DNA of 64,000 bases from Nitrosopumilus sp. (GTDB lineage: Archaea > Thermoproteota > Nitrososphaeria > Nitrososphaerales > Nitrosopumilaceae), in NCBI GenBank assembly GCA_965205675.1, contig OZ242186.1:448001-512000 (forward strand). Direction: 5' to 3'. Shown in pieces: positions 40,660 through 51,723 of this stretch (the first letter of the stretch is position 1; each line of letters starts with the position of its first letter). The notes under the pieces were generated by a model that saw nothing but the letters and a program-made list of their open reading frames with translations, was not told the origin of the DNA and ran no database searches. Both the position numbers and the translations under genes were made by a program.

Positions 40660-42048
40660 TTATTTTTCAGCTTTGATGTTTTCTTTTCGCACCCAAATTG
40701 TTTTTTCTTTATGATCAATCAGCTCTACATTCATTTCGTTTAATTTATCTCTAATTATGTCTGCTTCTTCAAATTGTTTTTCTCTTCTTGAATTTTCTCG
40801 ATCTGTGATTAGTTTGTCTATCTCCTCTCTTTCTTTATCATTTATTTTTGGTATGTTCAACCCTAAAATTTCTAACATTCTGATCAGTTCTGTTTTAATT
40901 GAACTTGTATTCCCTTTTCCTAGTTTTCCTTCCACTGCTAATTTGTTTGTCTCTTTGACTAGTTGAAAAAATGCTGTTAATGCTAAATGTGTATTAAAAT
41001 GATTATCTAATGCCGCATCAAAATTTAGGCTAATTTTATTTACAAATTCACCATTTTCCTCACTGTCTTCATTGTCTGCATGAATTAATTCGTAGTAACA
41101 TGTTTCAACCTGTCTCCATTTTGTAAGATTTTCTTTTAGTAATTCTTCAGAATAATCTATTGGTTTTGAATAATGTCCTGATAAACAGAATAGTCTGATG
41201 ATGTTTGATCCCCAATTTTCTAAAACATATCTTATTGATTTTACATTTCCAATGGATTTTGACATTTTTTCACCTTCTATGGTGACCATTCCTACATGCA
41301 TCCACATTTTTGCAAATTGTTTGTTTGTACATGATTCTGATTGAGCAATTTCATTTTCATGATGAGGAAAAATTAGATCTCTGCCTCCCCCATGTATATC
41401 AAAATTTTCTCCCAAATATTTTACACTCATGACTGAACATTCGATATGCCATCCTGGTCTTCCTTTCCCCCATGGACTATCCCATGTAGGTTTCACATTT
41501 GATAATTTCCATACTGCAAAATCTAATGGATTATTTTTCTGTTCATCTACTTCAACTCTTGTTCCTGATTGAAGCTCATCTATCTTCTTTTTAGATAATT
41601 TTCCGTACTCTGGGAATTTTAATACTGAAAAGTATACTCCATTTTTTGATGTGTATGCTATTTCTTTTTCAATTAATTTTTTAATAAACTCAATGATATC
41701 TTTTATATGCTCTGTTGCTTTTGGATAATTTGTGGCACGTTTTACATTTAGTTCATCAAAGTCTGTAAAATAATTATCAATGTATCTGTTACTGATTTCT
41801 TCTGCGGTTTTGTTTTCTAATTTAGCTTTGTTAATGATTTTATCATCTACATCTGTAAAATTTTGAATAAATTCTATTTCTATTCCTTTATTTTCTAGAT
41901 ATTTTCGTAGTACATCAAAAACTATGATTGTTCTTGCATGTCCTATGTGAGATTCATCATATACTGTAACTCCACATAGATATATTTTGATTTTTTTTGA
42001 CGTGTCTATTTTTCGTTCTGTTTTTGATAATGTGTCGTATATGTTCAT
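40660..42048 (-). CDS. cysS: Cysteine--tRNA ligase
   Basis: CGVTVY, HIGH, WHIECS, KMSKS. Confidence 0.97.
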   Translation of the reverse strand: MNIYDTLSKTERKIDTSKKIKIYLCGVTVYDESHIGHARTIIVFDVLRKYLENKGIEIEFIQNFTDVDDKIINKAKLENKTAEEISNRYIDNYFTDFDELNVKRATNYPKATEHIKDIIEFIKKLIEKEIAYTSKNGVYFSVLKFPEYGKLSKKKIDELQSGTRVEVDEQKNNPLDFAVWKLSNVKPTWDSPWGKGRPGWHIECSVMSVKYLGENFDIHGGGRDLIFPHHENEIAQSESCTNKQFAKMWMHVGMVTIEGEKMSKSIGNVKSIRYVLENWGSNIIRLFCLSGHYSKPIDYSEELLKENLTKWRQVETCYYELIHADNEDSEENGEFVNKISLNFDAALDNHFNTHLALTAFFQLVKETNKLAVEGKLGKGNTSSIKTELIRMLEILGLNIPKINDKEREEIDKLITDRENSRREKQFEEADIIRDKLNEMNVELIDHKEKTIWVRKENIKAEK

Positions 42049-42839
42049 ATTGCCCTCTCTGGTTTTTGTGATGGTAATCTTTTATGTTCACTGTTTGTGT
42101 GTAATTGTTGTATTTTTTCAATAATTTCTTCACTTACATCTATCTCTTTTTTTGTTTCAGACGCTGTTAATTTTTTCTCAAATAAACAATACAAAATAGA
42201 ATCAATTTCTTCATATGTCGCCCCTAATTCTTCTTCTGCTCCATGATCTTTCCATAGATGAGGGCTACTTTTTTTTGTAATAATGTTTTCTGGTACTTGT
42301 AAGTATTTTGCAATTTCTCTTACTTGTAATTTGTATAGTGGACTAATTGGAGATATATCTGATGCCCCGTCTCCAAATTTTGTAAAATATCCGATCATGT
42401 ATTCACTTTTGTCACTTGATCCTAATACGAGGTAGTTTTTTGCATTTGCATAATAGTACAAAATATTTGTTCTGATTCTTGCACGTAAATTTCCTTTAGA
42501 TTTTTCGTTTGGTTCAAGGTGCCTAGCGTATTCGTCTATGATTGGTTTTATGTCGATTACTTTGTGTTTTATCCCTGTCAATGAAATCATTTTGAGTGCA
42601 TCTTCAGTTTCTGAATTTGGTGTAATTGCTGTATCTGGCATTATCAAAGCCAATGTTTTCTCTTTGAGCTGCCTTTTACAAAGATAAGATAGAACTGCTG
42701 AATCTATGCCTCCACTTAATCCTAAAATAATTCCATCTGCATGATTTTTTTCTAATTGTTCAGTTAAAAATTCTTCAATTGTTTTAGTGATTGTTGGATA
42801 ATCTTGATCTTTAATCTCATTTATGATTTTTTGATTCAA
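42045..42839 (-). CDS. nadE: NH3-dependent NAD+ synthetase
   Basis: GLSGGIDS, GYFTKFGD. Confidence 0.95.
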   Translation of the reverse strand: MNQKIINEIKDQDYPTITKTIEEFLTEQLEKNHADGIILGLSGGIDSAVLSYLCKRQLKEKTLALIMPDTAITPNSETEDALKMISLTGIKHKVIDIKPIIDEYARHLEPNEKSKGNLRARIRTNILYYYANAKNYLVLGSSDKSEYMIGYFTKFGDGASDISPISPLYKLQVREIAKYLQVPENIITKKSSPHLWKDHGAEEELGATYEEIDSILYCLFEKKLTASETKKEIDVSEEIIEKIQQLHTNSEHKRLPSQKPERAI

Positions 42840-42952
42840 CAGATATTTCTCAGAATATGTATGAATAAAACCTATGCCTAATATTGAATCTAAATATATT
42901 AACGCCTAGAACCGCTGTGTATTTTTTGAATTCACAGGCTTTTTTTTTAAAA

Positions 42953-43255
42953 TTAAATATCTATGTAGATACCATCATCTCGCGCTTCCACCTGATATGT
43001 TTCAAGTTTCACTTCTTTGAGATAATCTGTTAATTCTCCTGTTTTGATATTGTAATGCCAAAAATGTAATGGACATTCTACGATATCCCCTTCCAATTTT
43101 CCTGGTGCGATTGATCCATCCTGATGGACGCAAAGATCATCCATCGCATGATATCCATTTTGATTGAAAATTGCTATTTGTTTACCATCTACTTTGAAAG
43201 CTTTTCCCTTTCCTGCAGATACTGCTCCTTTATCTGCAATTTTTTTCCAGGTCAA
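42953..43255 (-). CDS. Rieske 2Fe-2S ferredoxin
   Basis: CVHQ...CPLH. Confidence 0.9.
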   Translation of the reverse strand: MTWKKIADKGAVSAGKGKAFKVDGKQIAIFNQNGYHAMDDLCVHQDGSIAPGKLEGDIVECPLHFWHYNIKTGELTDYLKEVKLETYQVEARDDGIYIDI

Positions 43256-43320
43256 TATTTTGGTGATATCTTTGGCATTTATTTATATTCGCATGCTGTA
43301 TCCCGAAACTAATTCATCTC

Positions 43321-43920
43321 TTATTCCACATTGTATTTTTCTCCTGTCTGCTCACCAATAACTTTTGTTCCCTTCTTTGGCATCTTTCTCACATATGCTT
43401 TTGCAGGTATCTCTAGATCGTCCAAGTCAAGTGACATGTGTGATTTTATATAATTACACGTGAACCAACTCATTGATTCCATCAAACCATTTCTGTTTTC
43501 TTTGAATTTGACCATGAAATTCCTCTAATTTCCCGTTATCTGTGGATGATTCGCCCTTGCCATGATCTGCTTTATCTCCAATCTGACTAGTCCTTGTTCA
43601 AACTTTGAGGCTTTACTTTTCTTGTATTCATCTTGGTCTGCATAAAACTGGGAGACATAGTCAGTCAAAATTGATGCAGGTCTGCCATGCTTTGTAATTG
43701 CTTCTCTGAGGATTACAATAGCGTTATCTGTTGTTATCTTTGCAAATATTTCATCATCGATGTTCTTGGTTCTATTCTCTTTTGATTTGATTATCCATGA
43801 TATTTGGTTTTGGAACTAGTTTTTACATGACTGTAGTTCTTTTCTCTTTTCCAAACTTATTCTGACTTTAGTCTGGAAATGATGAGGTGAACTATTTTGA
43901 GGATAATAGATTTGTTTACA
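43321..43920 (-). mobile_element. IS481-like (rve/integrase core) transposase remnant
   Basis: HGRPASILTDYVSQFY, ARANHPQITG..EEFHG..QRK, broken by frameshifts. Confidence 0.65.
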
Positions 43921-43963
43921 TTTGTATGATAGAATTTTATATGATGATGATTGGTTTTGTTTG

Positions 43964-45205
43964 TTGAGTAAAGTAAAATCCAGTTCAAAACTGATCAAAG
44001 AAGGTAAGCTATCTTATGAATGGGCTAGATCTCATATGCAAATCCTTGATAATACAATTAGTCGATATAAAAAATCAAAACCTCTCAAAGGAATTACCCT
44101 TGGATTTTGTCTTCACATTACTAAAGAAACATCTGTTTTATTGATGGGTGCTAAAGAATTGGGCGCAACTGTTGCTTGTTGCGGTGGAAATCCATTAACC
44201 ACCCAGGACAATATCGCCGCATTTTTAGCATCTCAGGGAATCAATGTTTATTCTTGGCATGGTCAATCTGTCAAAGAATATGATTGGTGTATTGATCAAG
44301 TGTTGAAACACAAACCCACTATTCTTACAGATGACGGTGCTGATATGAACATCAAAGCTCATTTTGATAAACGATTTAAAAATATGGAAATACTAGGTGC
44401 CACTGAAGAAACTACTGCGGGGGTTACTAGAATTAAGGCTGTAGAGAATCAAGGCAAACTTCGTTATCCTGTAATCTTGGTAAATGAAGCATACACAAAA
44501 CACATGTTTGATAATCGATATGGTACTGGACAAAGTACTATTGATGGGTATCTTCGCGCAATGAATCTTCTGATGGCTTCAAAACGTGTTATTGTTGTTG
44601 GTTATGGTTGGGTAGGTCGTGGTGTGGCATCTCGATGCAATGGAATGGGTTCTAAAGTAATTGTCACTGAAGTAGATCCTGTTAAAGCTCTTGAAGCTCA
44701 CATGGATGGATTTGAAGTTATGCCTATGGCACAAGCGGCAAAGATTGGTGATATGTTTATCACTTGTACAGGGATGACTAGTGTAATTCGTAAAGAGCAT
44801 ATTATGAAAATGAAAGATGGTGCCATCCTGGGCAATGTTGGTCATTTCGATGTTGAGATTGATAGTAAATTTTTGTTAAAATCCTCAAAGTCTGTTAAAA
44901 AAGCAAGACCTAATCTTGATGAATGTATCTTAAAGAATGGAAAGAAAGTTTATCTTATTGGACAAGGTCGACTTGCAAATTTGGTTGCAGCAGAAGGACA
45001 TCCTCCCGAAGTCATGGCACAATCCTTTTCTAACCAGATTCTTTCGGTTTTATATATTCTCAAAAATCACAAAAAGATGGAAAATAAAATAATCAATGTG
45101 CCTGAAGAAATTGATCAACAAATTGCAGTTGATGCATTAAAGGCAATGGATGTTAAAATTGATAAATTAACTTCTGAACAAGTAAAATATGCTAACAACT
45201 GGTAA
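43964..45205 (+). CDS. ahcY: Adenosylhomocysteinase
   Basis: EETTAG, KHMFDNRYGT, GYGWVGRG, GHFDVEID; TTG start inferred. Confidence 0.95.
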   Translation: MSKVKSSSKLIKEGKLSYEWARSHMQILDNTISRYKKSKPLKGITLGFCLHITKETSVLLMGAKELGATVACCGGNPLTTQDNIAAFLASQGINVYSWHGQSVKEYDWCIDQVLKHKPTILTDDGADMNIKAHFDKRFKNMEILGATEETTAGVTRIKAVENQGKLRYPVILVNEAYTKHMFDNRYGTGQSTIDGYLRAMNLLMASKRVIVVGYGWVGRGVASRCNGMGSKVIVTEVDPVKALEAHMDGFEVMPMAQAAKIGDMFITCTGMTSVIRKEHIMKMKDGAILGNVGHFDVEIDSKFLLKSSKSVKKARPNLDECILKNGKKVYLIGQGRLANLVAAEGHPPEVMAQSFSNQILSVLYILKNHKKMENKIINVPEEIDQQIAVDALKAMDVKIDKLTSEQVKYANNW

Positions 45206-45240
45206 AACTTCTTAACCCCAATATCGCAACAAACTATCTG

Positions 45241-46896
45241 ATGAACAAAAAAGCTATCATTACAAGTGCATTACCTTACGCAAATGGAGAAATTCATTTA
45301 GGTCACGTAGCATCCACATATCTACCTGCTGATGTTACAACGCGATTTTTAAAACTTAATGGTGTCGAAGCATACTATGTTTGTGCATCTGATGATTTTG
45401 GAACTCCTATTCTGATTCAATCTGAAAAAGAAAGAAAAACCCCTGCTGAATATGTTGAGCATTGGAATAAACGTGATTATGAAGATTTTTCCGCATTTAG
45501 CATTGCATTTGATTATTTCTACAAAACTAGCTCTTCTGAAAATATCTCCTTTGTTCAAGATGTCTTCAAAAAATTAAATGCCTCTGGTCATATCTATGAA
45601 AAAGAAATCATTCAATTTTACTGCAATAATGACAAAAAATTCCTTCCTGATAGATATGTAAAAGGCATATGCCCTTACTGTAAATCTGAGGATCAATACT
45701 CTGATCTTTGTGAAAGTTGTGGTCGCGTACCTGAGGAGATCACTGATCCAAAATGTTCCCTTTGTGGACAACCTCCTACTAAAGAAAAAACAAATCATTA
45801 TTTTTTCAAACTTAAAAATTTTAGTGATTCTTTGATTGATTGGTTAGATGGTAATCTAAATCTCCAAAAAGATGTAAAAAAATATGTTCAGAATTGGATC
45901 AAATCTGGATTAATTGATTGGGATATTACTAGAGATATTACTTGGGGGGTTCCTGTTCCTCTTGATGGTGCTAAGGGTAAGGTGTTTTATGGTTGGTTTG
46001 ATAATCATCTTGCATACATCTCAACTGCGATAAAATTCCTTAATGATAAAGGCATTGATGGAAAAGATTTTTGGAATTCTGCAGATATTTATCATTTCAT
46101 TGGAAAAGATATCGTATATCATCATTATCTTTTCTTACCTGCAATGCGATTGGGTATTGATTCAGAATACAAACTTCCTGATTACATTCCTACTAGAGGA
46201 CATCTAACTCTACAATCTAAGAAAATTTCTAAAAGCAGAAAGTGGTATATTGGTCTAAAACAATTTTTAGAATATTACCCTGCAGACTATCTTAGATTTT
46301 ACCTTGTTTCGATAAATCCCTACTCTCAAGATGATTTGAATTTTGACTGGGATGATTTCGCAACAAGAATTAATTCGGAATTGATTGGAAATCTGGGAAA
46401 TTTCATCAATAGAGCCCTTGGATTTACTAAAAAGACATTTGACGGTATAGTTCCAGAACCTAACTCTTTTGATGAAAAAGATTCTGAAGCTGAACAAAAA
46501 ATAAAAAATCTTGCAACTGATGTTGGTTCCCTCATGAAACAAAATCATCTTGATCGAGCCCTGAAAAAAATCATGGAGTTTTCCTCATTTTTTAATCAAT
46601 ATTTTCAACACAAGGAGCCTTGGAAAAGAGGTCCTGGTACCACAAACTGTGTATATCTTTCAGTAAATGCTGTTAGAGCGTTGGCAATTGCAATGTTTTC
46701 GTTTATGCCTGAATCTTCACAAAAAATCTGGATTCAATTGAATCTTGATAGTAAAATCCATGATTCTTTATGGACTGATATGTCTGAATTGAGAATTGTT
46801 TCTAATCATACATTAGGTGATGTGTTTCCTCTTTTTGCTAGAGTGGAAGTCTCTGATATTGAAAAACACAAAAGTGGATTGGGATCTTCTGAATAA
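45241..46896 (+). CDS. metG: Methionine--tRNA ligase
   Basis: ALPYANG, HLGH, Zn knuckles, KISKS. Confidence 0.97.
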   Translation: MNKKAIITSALPYANGEIHLGHVASTYLPADVTTRFLKLNGVEAYYVCASDDFGTPILIQSEKERKTPAEYVEHWNKRDYEDFSAFSIAFDYFYKTSSSENISFVQDVFKKLNASGHIYEKEIIQFYCNNDKKFLPDRYVKGICPYCKSEDQYSDLCESCGRVPEEITDPKCSLCGQPPTKEKTNHYFFKLKNFSDSLIDWLDGNLNLQKDVKKYVQNWIKSGLIDWDITRDITWGVPVPLDGAKGKVFYGWFDNHLAYISTAIKFLNDKGIDGKDFWNSADIYHFIGKDIVYHHYLFLPAMRLGIDSEYKLPDYIPTRGHLTLQSKKISKSRKWYIGLKQFLEYYPADYLRFYLVSINPYSQDDLNFDWDDFATRINSELIGNLGNFINRALGFTKKTFDGIVPEPNSFDEKDSEAEQKIKNLATDVGSLMKQNHLDRALKKIMEFSSFFNQYFQHKEPWKRGPGTTNCVYLSVNAVRALAIAMFSFMPESSQKIWIQLNLDSKIHDSLWTDMSELRIVSNHTLGDVFPLFARVEVSDIEKHKSGLGSSE

Positions 46897-47648
46897 TGAA
46901 ACCTATTCCAAGAATTTCTACAAGGGGATACTATGATCTTTCAAATGGATTAACTTTGAAACATAATTCGTATTACACTTATCCAAAAAATGATTTTAAA
47001 AAATTAATCAACTCTAAAGAATTTACAATTATGATTCATGGATTACGAAATGATAACGCCGGAGCTATTACTAAAGTTATCTTAGCAAAAAAACAATTAC
47101 ACAAATTAGGTTACAAACATACTGTGATTGGATATAGTTATGACTCAAACACTACGGGTGCACATTTAGTTAAACATGCAAAACATGCTCTTGCAGTAGG
47201 TCAAAAAATTGCAGTGAAAAATGGCAAAAATCTTGGAAAATTCATTGAAGATTTTAAATTATCTAGTCCTAAAACAAAGATTCGACTAATAGGTCATTCT
47301 TTGGGTTCTCAAGTAATTTTGAGTACTTTGGAATATCTTTCAAAAAAGAAACAAAACATTGGAATTGTAGAGAGTGTGTATCTCTTTGGCGCATCTATAA
47401 CTGAAGATGTTCCCTCATCAAAAAAATATGGTAAAATTCTTCAATCTGTAGTTAATTCAAAAATAATAAATCATTATGCACCAACTGATGAAGTTCTTAA
47501 TTGGGCAAATCATAAAAAATATGTCAAGGGACCTCTAGGACTAAATGGAGCTGTTGGCAAACCTGTGAAAAAATATCTACAAAAATTAGTAAAACCAAAA
47601 AACCACAGATTTGCAAGTTATGCTAGTGTTTTGAATTCCTTTCCCTAG
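46896..47648 (+). CDS. Alpha/beta hydrolase
   Basis: IHG, GHSLG nucleophile elbow, C-terminal His. Confidence 0.8.
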   Translation: MKPIPRISTRGYYDLSNGLTLKHNSYYTYPKNDFKKLINSKEFTIMIHGLRNDNAGAITKVILAKKQLHKLGYKHTVIGYSYDSNTTGAHLVKHAKHALAVGQKIAVKNGKNLGKFIEDFKLSSPKTKIRLIGHSLGSQVILSTLEYLSKKKQNIGIVESVYLFGASITEDVPSSKKYGKILQSVVNSKIINHYAPTDEVLNWANHKKYVKGPLGLNGAVGKPVKKYLQKLVKPKNHRFASYASVLNSFP

Positions 47649-48027
47649 ACTCTTTGTTTAGTATGATTCATACGCTAGTTTTTTATATAAAAAATGAGTC
47701 TTACACTTTATTATGAAGGCAAGTGTTGAGTCACAAAACAAATCCATATTGTACCATCTTCATATTTTGGATGAACAGACTGACATCTACACAGATCTTT
47801 CTGAGTATTCTTGTTAGATGATCCCAAGTATTTTTAGATTATATTATGTTAGAAGTTTTATCAATGAGACTAACTGTGATAATTGTTTTACAGGATTATC
47901 ATCTAGAACAATTAATCTCATGTGATCAATGTTGTCCTAAATTTTATGATAGTTGCATAAAGACCCATAAACATTGAGATTCTCAAAAATCAAAACTTCA
48001 TAAGATCGATTTTAATTCAAATTTCAT

Positions 48028-48948
48028 ATGGTTCAATCTATAAATTTTGTAGTTTTAGGTAAACAAGATATTGCATCTGACTTTGGAAAAAAAAGCACCG
48101 AATCCGATCTTACTCTCTATGATAGAAAAGAATCTAAGATTATCAAAACTTGGGTGATTCCAAATGGCTTCCCTGATAAAATACCACCTCTTTTTCAAGC
48201 AATCAATTTAGCAGAATATGTGATATTCCATGTTGATAAATTAGATAAATTTACTGGAGAACAAATAATTGCTCTTGATTCTTTGAAAAAGGAAAAAGGT
48301 ATTTTATCTCATACTTTTGATGTTGATAAATCAAAATTGGCGATGATGATTAAAGGAACTGTAGTAGAAAATTACATCAAAGTCGATCAAGATAAAATCA
48401 AAGAAGCAATGAATAAGCTAGAACCTATTACAAATGATAATGCTCCTGAATTATTCATTGATCACTGTTTTGATGTTAAGGGTGTTGGAACTGTGATTTT
48501 AGGTAAGGTGACAAATGGAACTATAAAACAGTATGATAATTTGAAATTATATCCATCTGAAATTAATGTTTTAATAAAATCTATACAAATGCATGATGAT
48601 CCTGTTGCTGAATCTGTCTGTCCTGCAAGAGTTGGGTTGGCTGTAAAAGGAGTAAAATCTAGTGAAGTTAGTCGTGGTGATGTTATTTCACAAGAAGGCG
48701 TAGTTGATGTGAAAATTGAGATTAGTCTTGATTTTCAAAAGAGCCCTTTTTACAAAAGTGATATTATCGAAAATCAAGGTTGCCTTGTAAGTATTGGATT
48801 ACAAATCAAAGCTGCAAAATTTTCTTCTATCTCTCCACTTAAACTAATATTTGAAAAACCTATTGTTTGCAAGAAAGGGGCAATTGCTGTCATCTTAAAA
48901 CCTGAATCCTCAACAATTCGAATTTTGGGTAGTGGTCTAATCCAATAG
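48028..48948 (+). CDS. SelB-like/EF-Tu domain protein lacking a canonical P-loop
   Basis: IDHCFDVKGVGTVILG, IKSIQMHD, RVGLAVKG. Confidence 0.8.
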   Translation: MVQSINFVVLGKQDIASDFGKKSTESDLTLYDRKESKIIKTWVIPNGFPDKIPPLFQAINLAEYVIFHVDKLDKFTGEQIIALDSLKKEKGILSHTFDVDKSKLAMMIKGTVVENYIKVDQDKIKEAMNKLEPITNDNAPELFIDHCFDVKGVGTVILGKVTNGTIKQYDNLKLYPSEINVLIKSIQMHDDPVAESVCPARVGLAVKGVKSSEVSRGDVISQEGVVDVKIEISLDFQKSPFYKSDIIENQGCLVSIGLQIKAAKFSSISPLKLIFEKPIVCKKGAIAVILKPESSTIRILGSGLIQ

Positions 48949-48982
48949 TGAAATTTAATTAAATCCTACAACATGATTGATT

Positions 48983-49105
48983 ATGGGTGAATCATTACGT
49001 GCATGTCCTATTTGTCCTGCATGTAGTTCTAAGAAATTCACTAGATTTTCTGGTAAAAAAGTCATTGTAAAATGTCGTTCTTGTGGGAAAATAATTGAGA
49101 TCTAG
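48983..49105 (+). CDS. Small zinc-ribbon protein (40 aa); not in ORF track
   Basis: MGESLRACPICPACSSKKFTRFSGKKVIVKCRSCGKIIEI*. Confidence 0.65.
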   Translation: MGESLRACPICPACSSKKFTRFSGKKVIVKCRSCGKIIEI

Positions 49106-49283
49106 GTTTTCTTGCATTGTAGATGAAAATGATTGATTTTGTACGTGTTGTATGTAGGTGGAAATTAAATTGTTTCCTTTTCTAGGAAGCCGTTTTTTGG
49201 TATGATGTATTTTGAATTTTTTTTGTATGGAATGCAACAATTAATTCCATGACACTACAAATAGTTTCTGATGTATTTTCAAC

Positions 49284-50147
49284 TGATCCCAAAACAAACC
49301 ATTTAGGCAAATTTTGATGATCATTTAGATCTATGAACAATGTCATTTAGAACGATTCTATGCAATTTACAGAACTAACTAACAAGCAGGGAATTATTAC
49401 ACATTTACATTTGCCAAAACCAGCTAAAACTGGCCAGACCTAGAGCCGATGACAGGACTACAATCAATGCAATAATGTTTGTGTTAATTACAGGTTGCAG
49501 GTGGATTGACCTGTCTGTGCAGCACGGTTCCAAATCATCAACACCTATGAGATTTCAGGATTTCCAGCAAAAGGGAATATGGAAAAAGATTCTCAAATAT
49601 GTAATTATATCTGCACACAAAGCAAACAAGATTAGTCTGAAAAAAAGTATCAGTTGACTCCTCAAGTGTTGCTGCAAAAAAGAGGTAACGATATAAGAAG
49701 AGATGGTTTCAAAAAGATTACAGACACAAAAATTCATGTTGCAGTAGAACAAAACGGTTTACCGATATCTATTGTGATGGGTTCTGCAAATATCCATGAT
49801 TCCGCAAAATTCATTGATGTAATAGAAAACATCTCTGATTTTGTAAATGATGAGGGAAATTATTTCAGTTTATGCAGACAAAGGTTATGATGCAAAATCA
49901 ATTAGAAATTATTTGAGAGACAGAAACATCAATCCATGTATTCCATTTAGAAAAAATAATGATGAAGCAACAAAAAATAGATCATACAAAAAATATAACA
50001 AGATTCGTTATGTTGTGGAGAGATTCTTTGCATGACTCAAGTGTGGATTCTGCAAGAACAGCAATAAGATATGAAAAGAATTGCGAGAATTATCTGGGAC
50101 CTGTTTACTTGGCATCAATTCTGATGTATTGAAGAATGTTGGAATAA
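49284..50147 (+). mobile_element. IS5-family (IS427-like) transposase remnant
   Basis: TG.PRADDR..INAIMFVLITGCRWIDL, KIHVAVEQNGLP, ADKGYD, RYVVERFFA*L; several frameshifts. Confidence 0.85.
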
Positions 50148-50677
50148 TATCATACATTTGAGAGAATAGTTTTGGGAAATGTTTGATATCATGAGATACG
50201 GGATAGTACTGAATCACAACTGCACAAATCAACTGGGATTTCATATCAGATCCTACTGACATTTTTGTAAATGCATGCCTAAGATTGCATCTGTAAGAAT
50301 AGTATGGTGTAGCATGTCTGTTTTCAAATCCTGTTGCATCAATTACTGCAAATATTGCACCCTGAGATACCTTCCAATGAATCTACCAATTGTAACATGC
50401 AGTAAAACGTAACTCAATCTAGCTGCTGCCTTTTGGAGCGTTGTAAAATGGGGAATGGTCTTGAGTTGTAATTGGATAGTGATTTCTGTTGTAACTTTTA
50501 ACCATTCAACAAAACTCTCATAACTTTTTGACTCGTACTGTCTAAGGACTAGCAGTATGATGCGTTTTGGTGTATTGAAAATGTATGTTTTGATTTGGAA
50601 TGTAAAAACAGTGGAACATTCATTTTCTTTAGAGTCTGGCGCATGAGAGAAATCATGCGTTGGTATTTGTTTTTCAT
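50148..50677 (-). mobile_element. Second IS5-superfamily transposase remnant, 3'-truncated
   Basis: LLVLRQYESKSYESFVEWL, IPHFTTLQKAAAR, VIDATGFE. Confidence 0.7.
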
Positions 50678-50970
50678 AAAATGATGGATATCTGATAATT
50701 GATGATATCTGTATGGTTAGTTTAATGAATCATCAGGTAAAATATTGATGATTTCTATGTGGCCCCTCTCAATTCCACACCAAATATACATGATGTTCAT
50801 TTATCACAACTGGTTTGATGTATCTGATTTGAAGATAATTCTACTGGCTATCTGACGAGAAGGTAGAGATTAGGTGTAAAAATACTTTCTTGATAAATCA
50901 AAACATTGGAAACATCTCGTTAAATGCTCTTTTGGTTTAAAATTAAATATTGATAGTATCAGATATTATC

Positions 50971-51468
50971 ATGCAAGTTATTCTTCGACAATTAGGTAAT
51001 TGTAATATTAGAAGAGCCGAACCAAGCGATCTAATCTCTATTATGGAAATTAATCTCAAAACTTTACCTGAGCATTATTCTGATTATTTCTATGAAAGTT
51101 TGCTTGCTGAATTGCCCGAGGCTTTCATTGTTGCAGAAATTGAAGGAAAACCTGTTGGATACATCATGTGCAAAACTGAATTTGGATTTTCGAATTTTAA
51201 AAAATTAGGTTTTGTCAAAAAAGGCCATGTTGTATCTATTGCAGTACTTGATGAACATAGACGAAAAGGTATTGGGAATACTCTTGTTGAGGAATCTGTC
51301 AAAGGCATAAAATTAAAAAAATGTGATGAATTTTATTTGGAAGTAAGATGTAGTAATACTGATGCTGTCAGATTATATGAAAAATTAGGATTTGTAATTC
51401 GACAACAGCTAAATGTCTATTATCGAGATGGTGAAGATGCCTATCTTATGGCAATTGAATTAACTTAG
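50971..51468 (+). CDS. Protein N-alpha-acetyltransferase (Ard1/RimI)
   Basis: LPEHY, GHVVSIAV..HRRKGIG, YYRDGEDA. Confidence 0.92.
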   Translation: MQVILRQLGNCNIRRAEPSDLISIMEINLKTLPEHYSDYFYESLLAELPEAFIVAEIEGKPVGYIMCKTEFGFSNFKKLGFVKKGHVVSIAVLDEHRRKGIGNTLVEESVKGIKLKKCDEFYLEVRCSNTDAVRLYEKLGFVIRQQLNVYYRDGEDAYLMAIELT

Positions 51469-51500
51469 TTAAAACCAATAGATAACTCACAAAAAGTTAT

Positions 51501-51722
51501 TTGTCATGGACAAACGAAAAGGAATGGATATCATCATTTTTGTATTGTGTATTAATGGTTTTTTTGTATGCTTGCTTGTTAATGCTTTCTGAATGGAATC
51601 CTACTGTATTACAATTATCTGTGTTAATGATTGCTGGAGGAATTTTAGGAATTGTTGCATGGATTGGATATGTAATGGCTACAACAAAGTCTTCACCTGT
51701 TTTTATTACATCTGAGGATTAA
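51501..51722 (+). CDS. Small membrane protein
   Basis: Two TM helices, WIGYVMATT. Confidence 0.55.
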   Translation: MSWTNEKEWISSFLYCVLMVFLYACLLMLSEWNPTVLQLSVLMIAGGILGIVAWIGYVMATTKSSPVFITSED

Positions 51723-51723
51723 A

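Noticed and set aside
47713-47960. Short ORF fragments (MKASVESQNK...)
   Set aside because: Possibly a decayed gene, but no recognisable family
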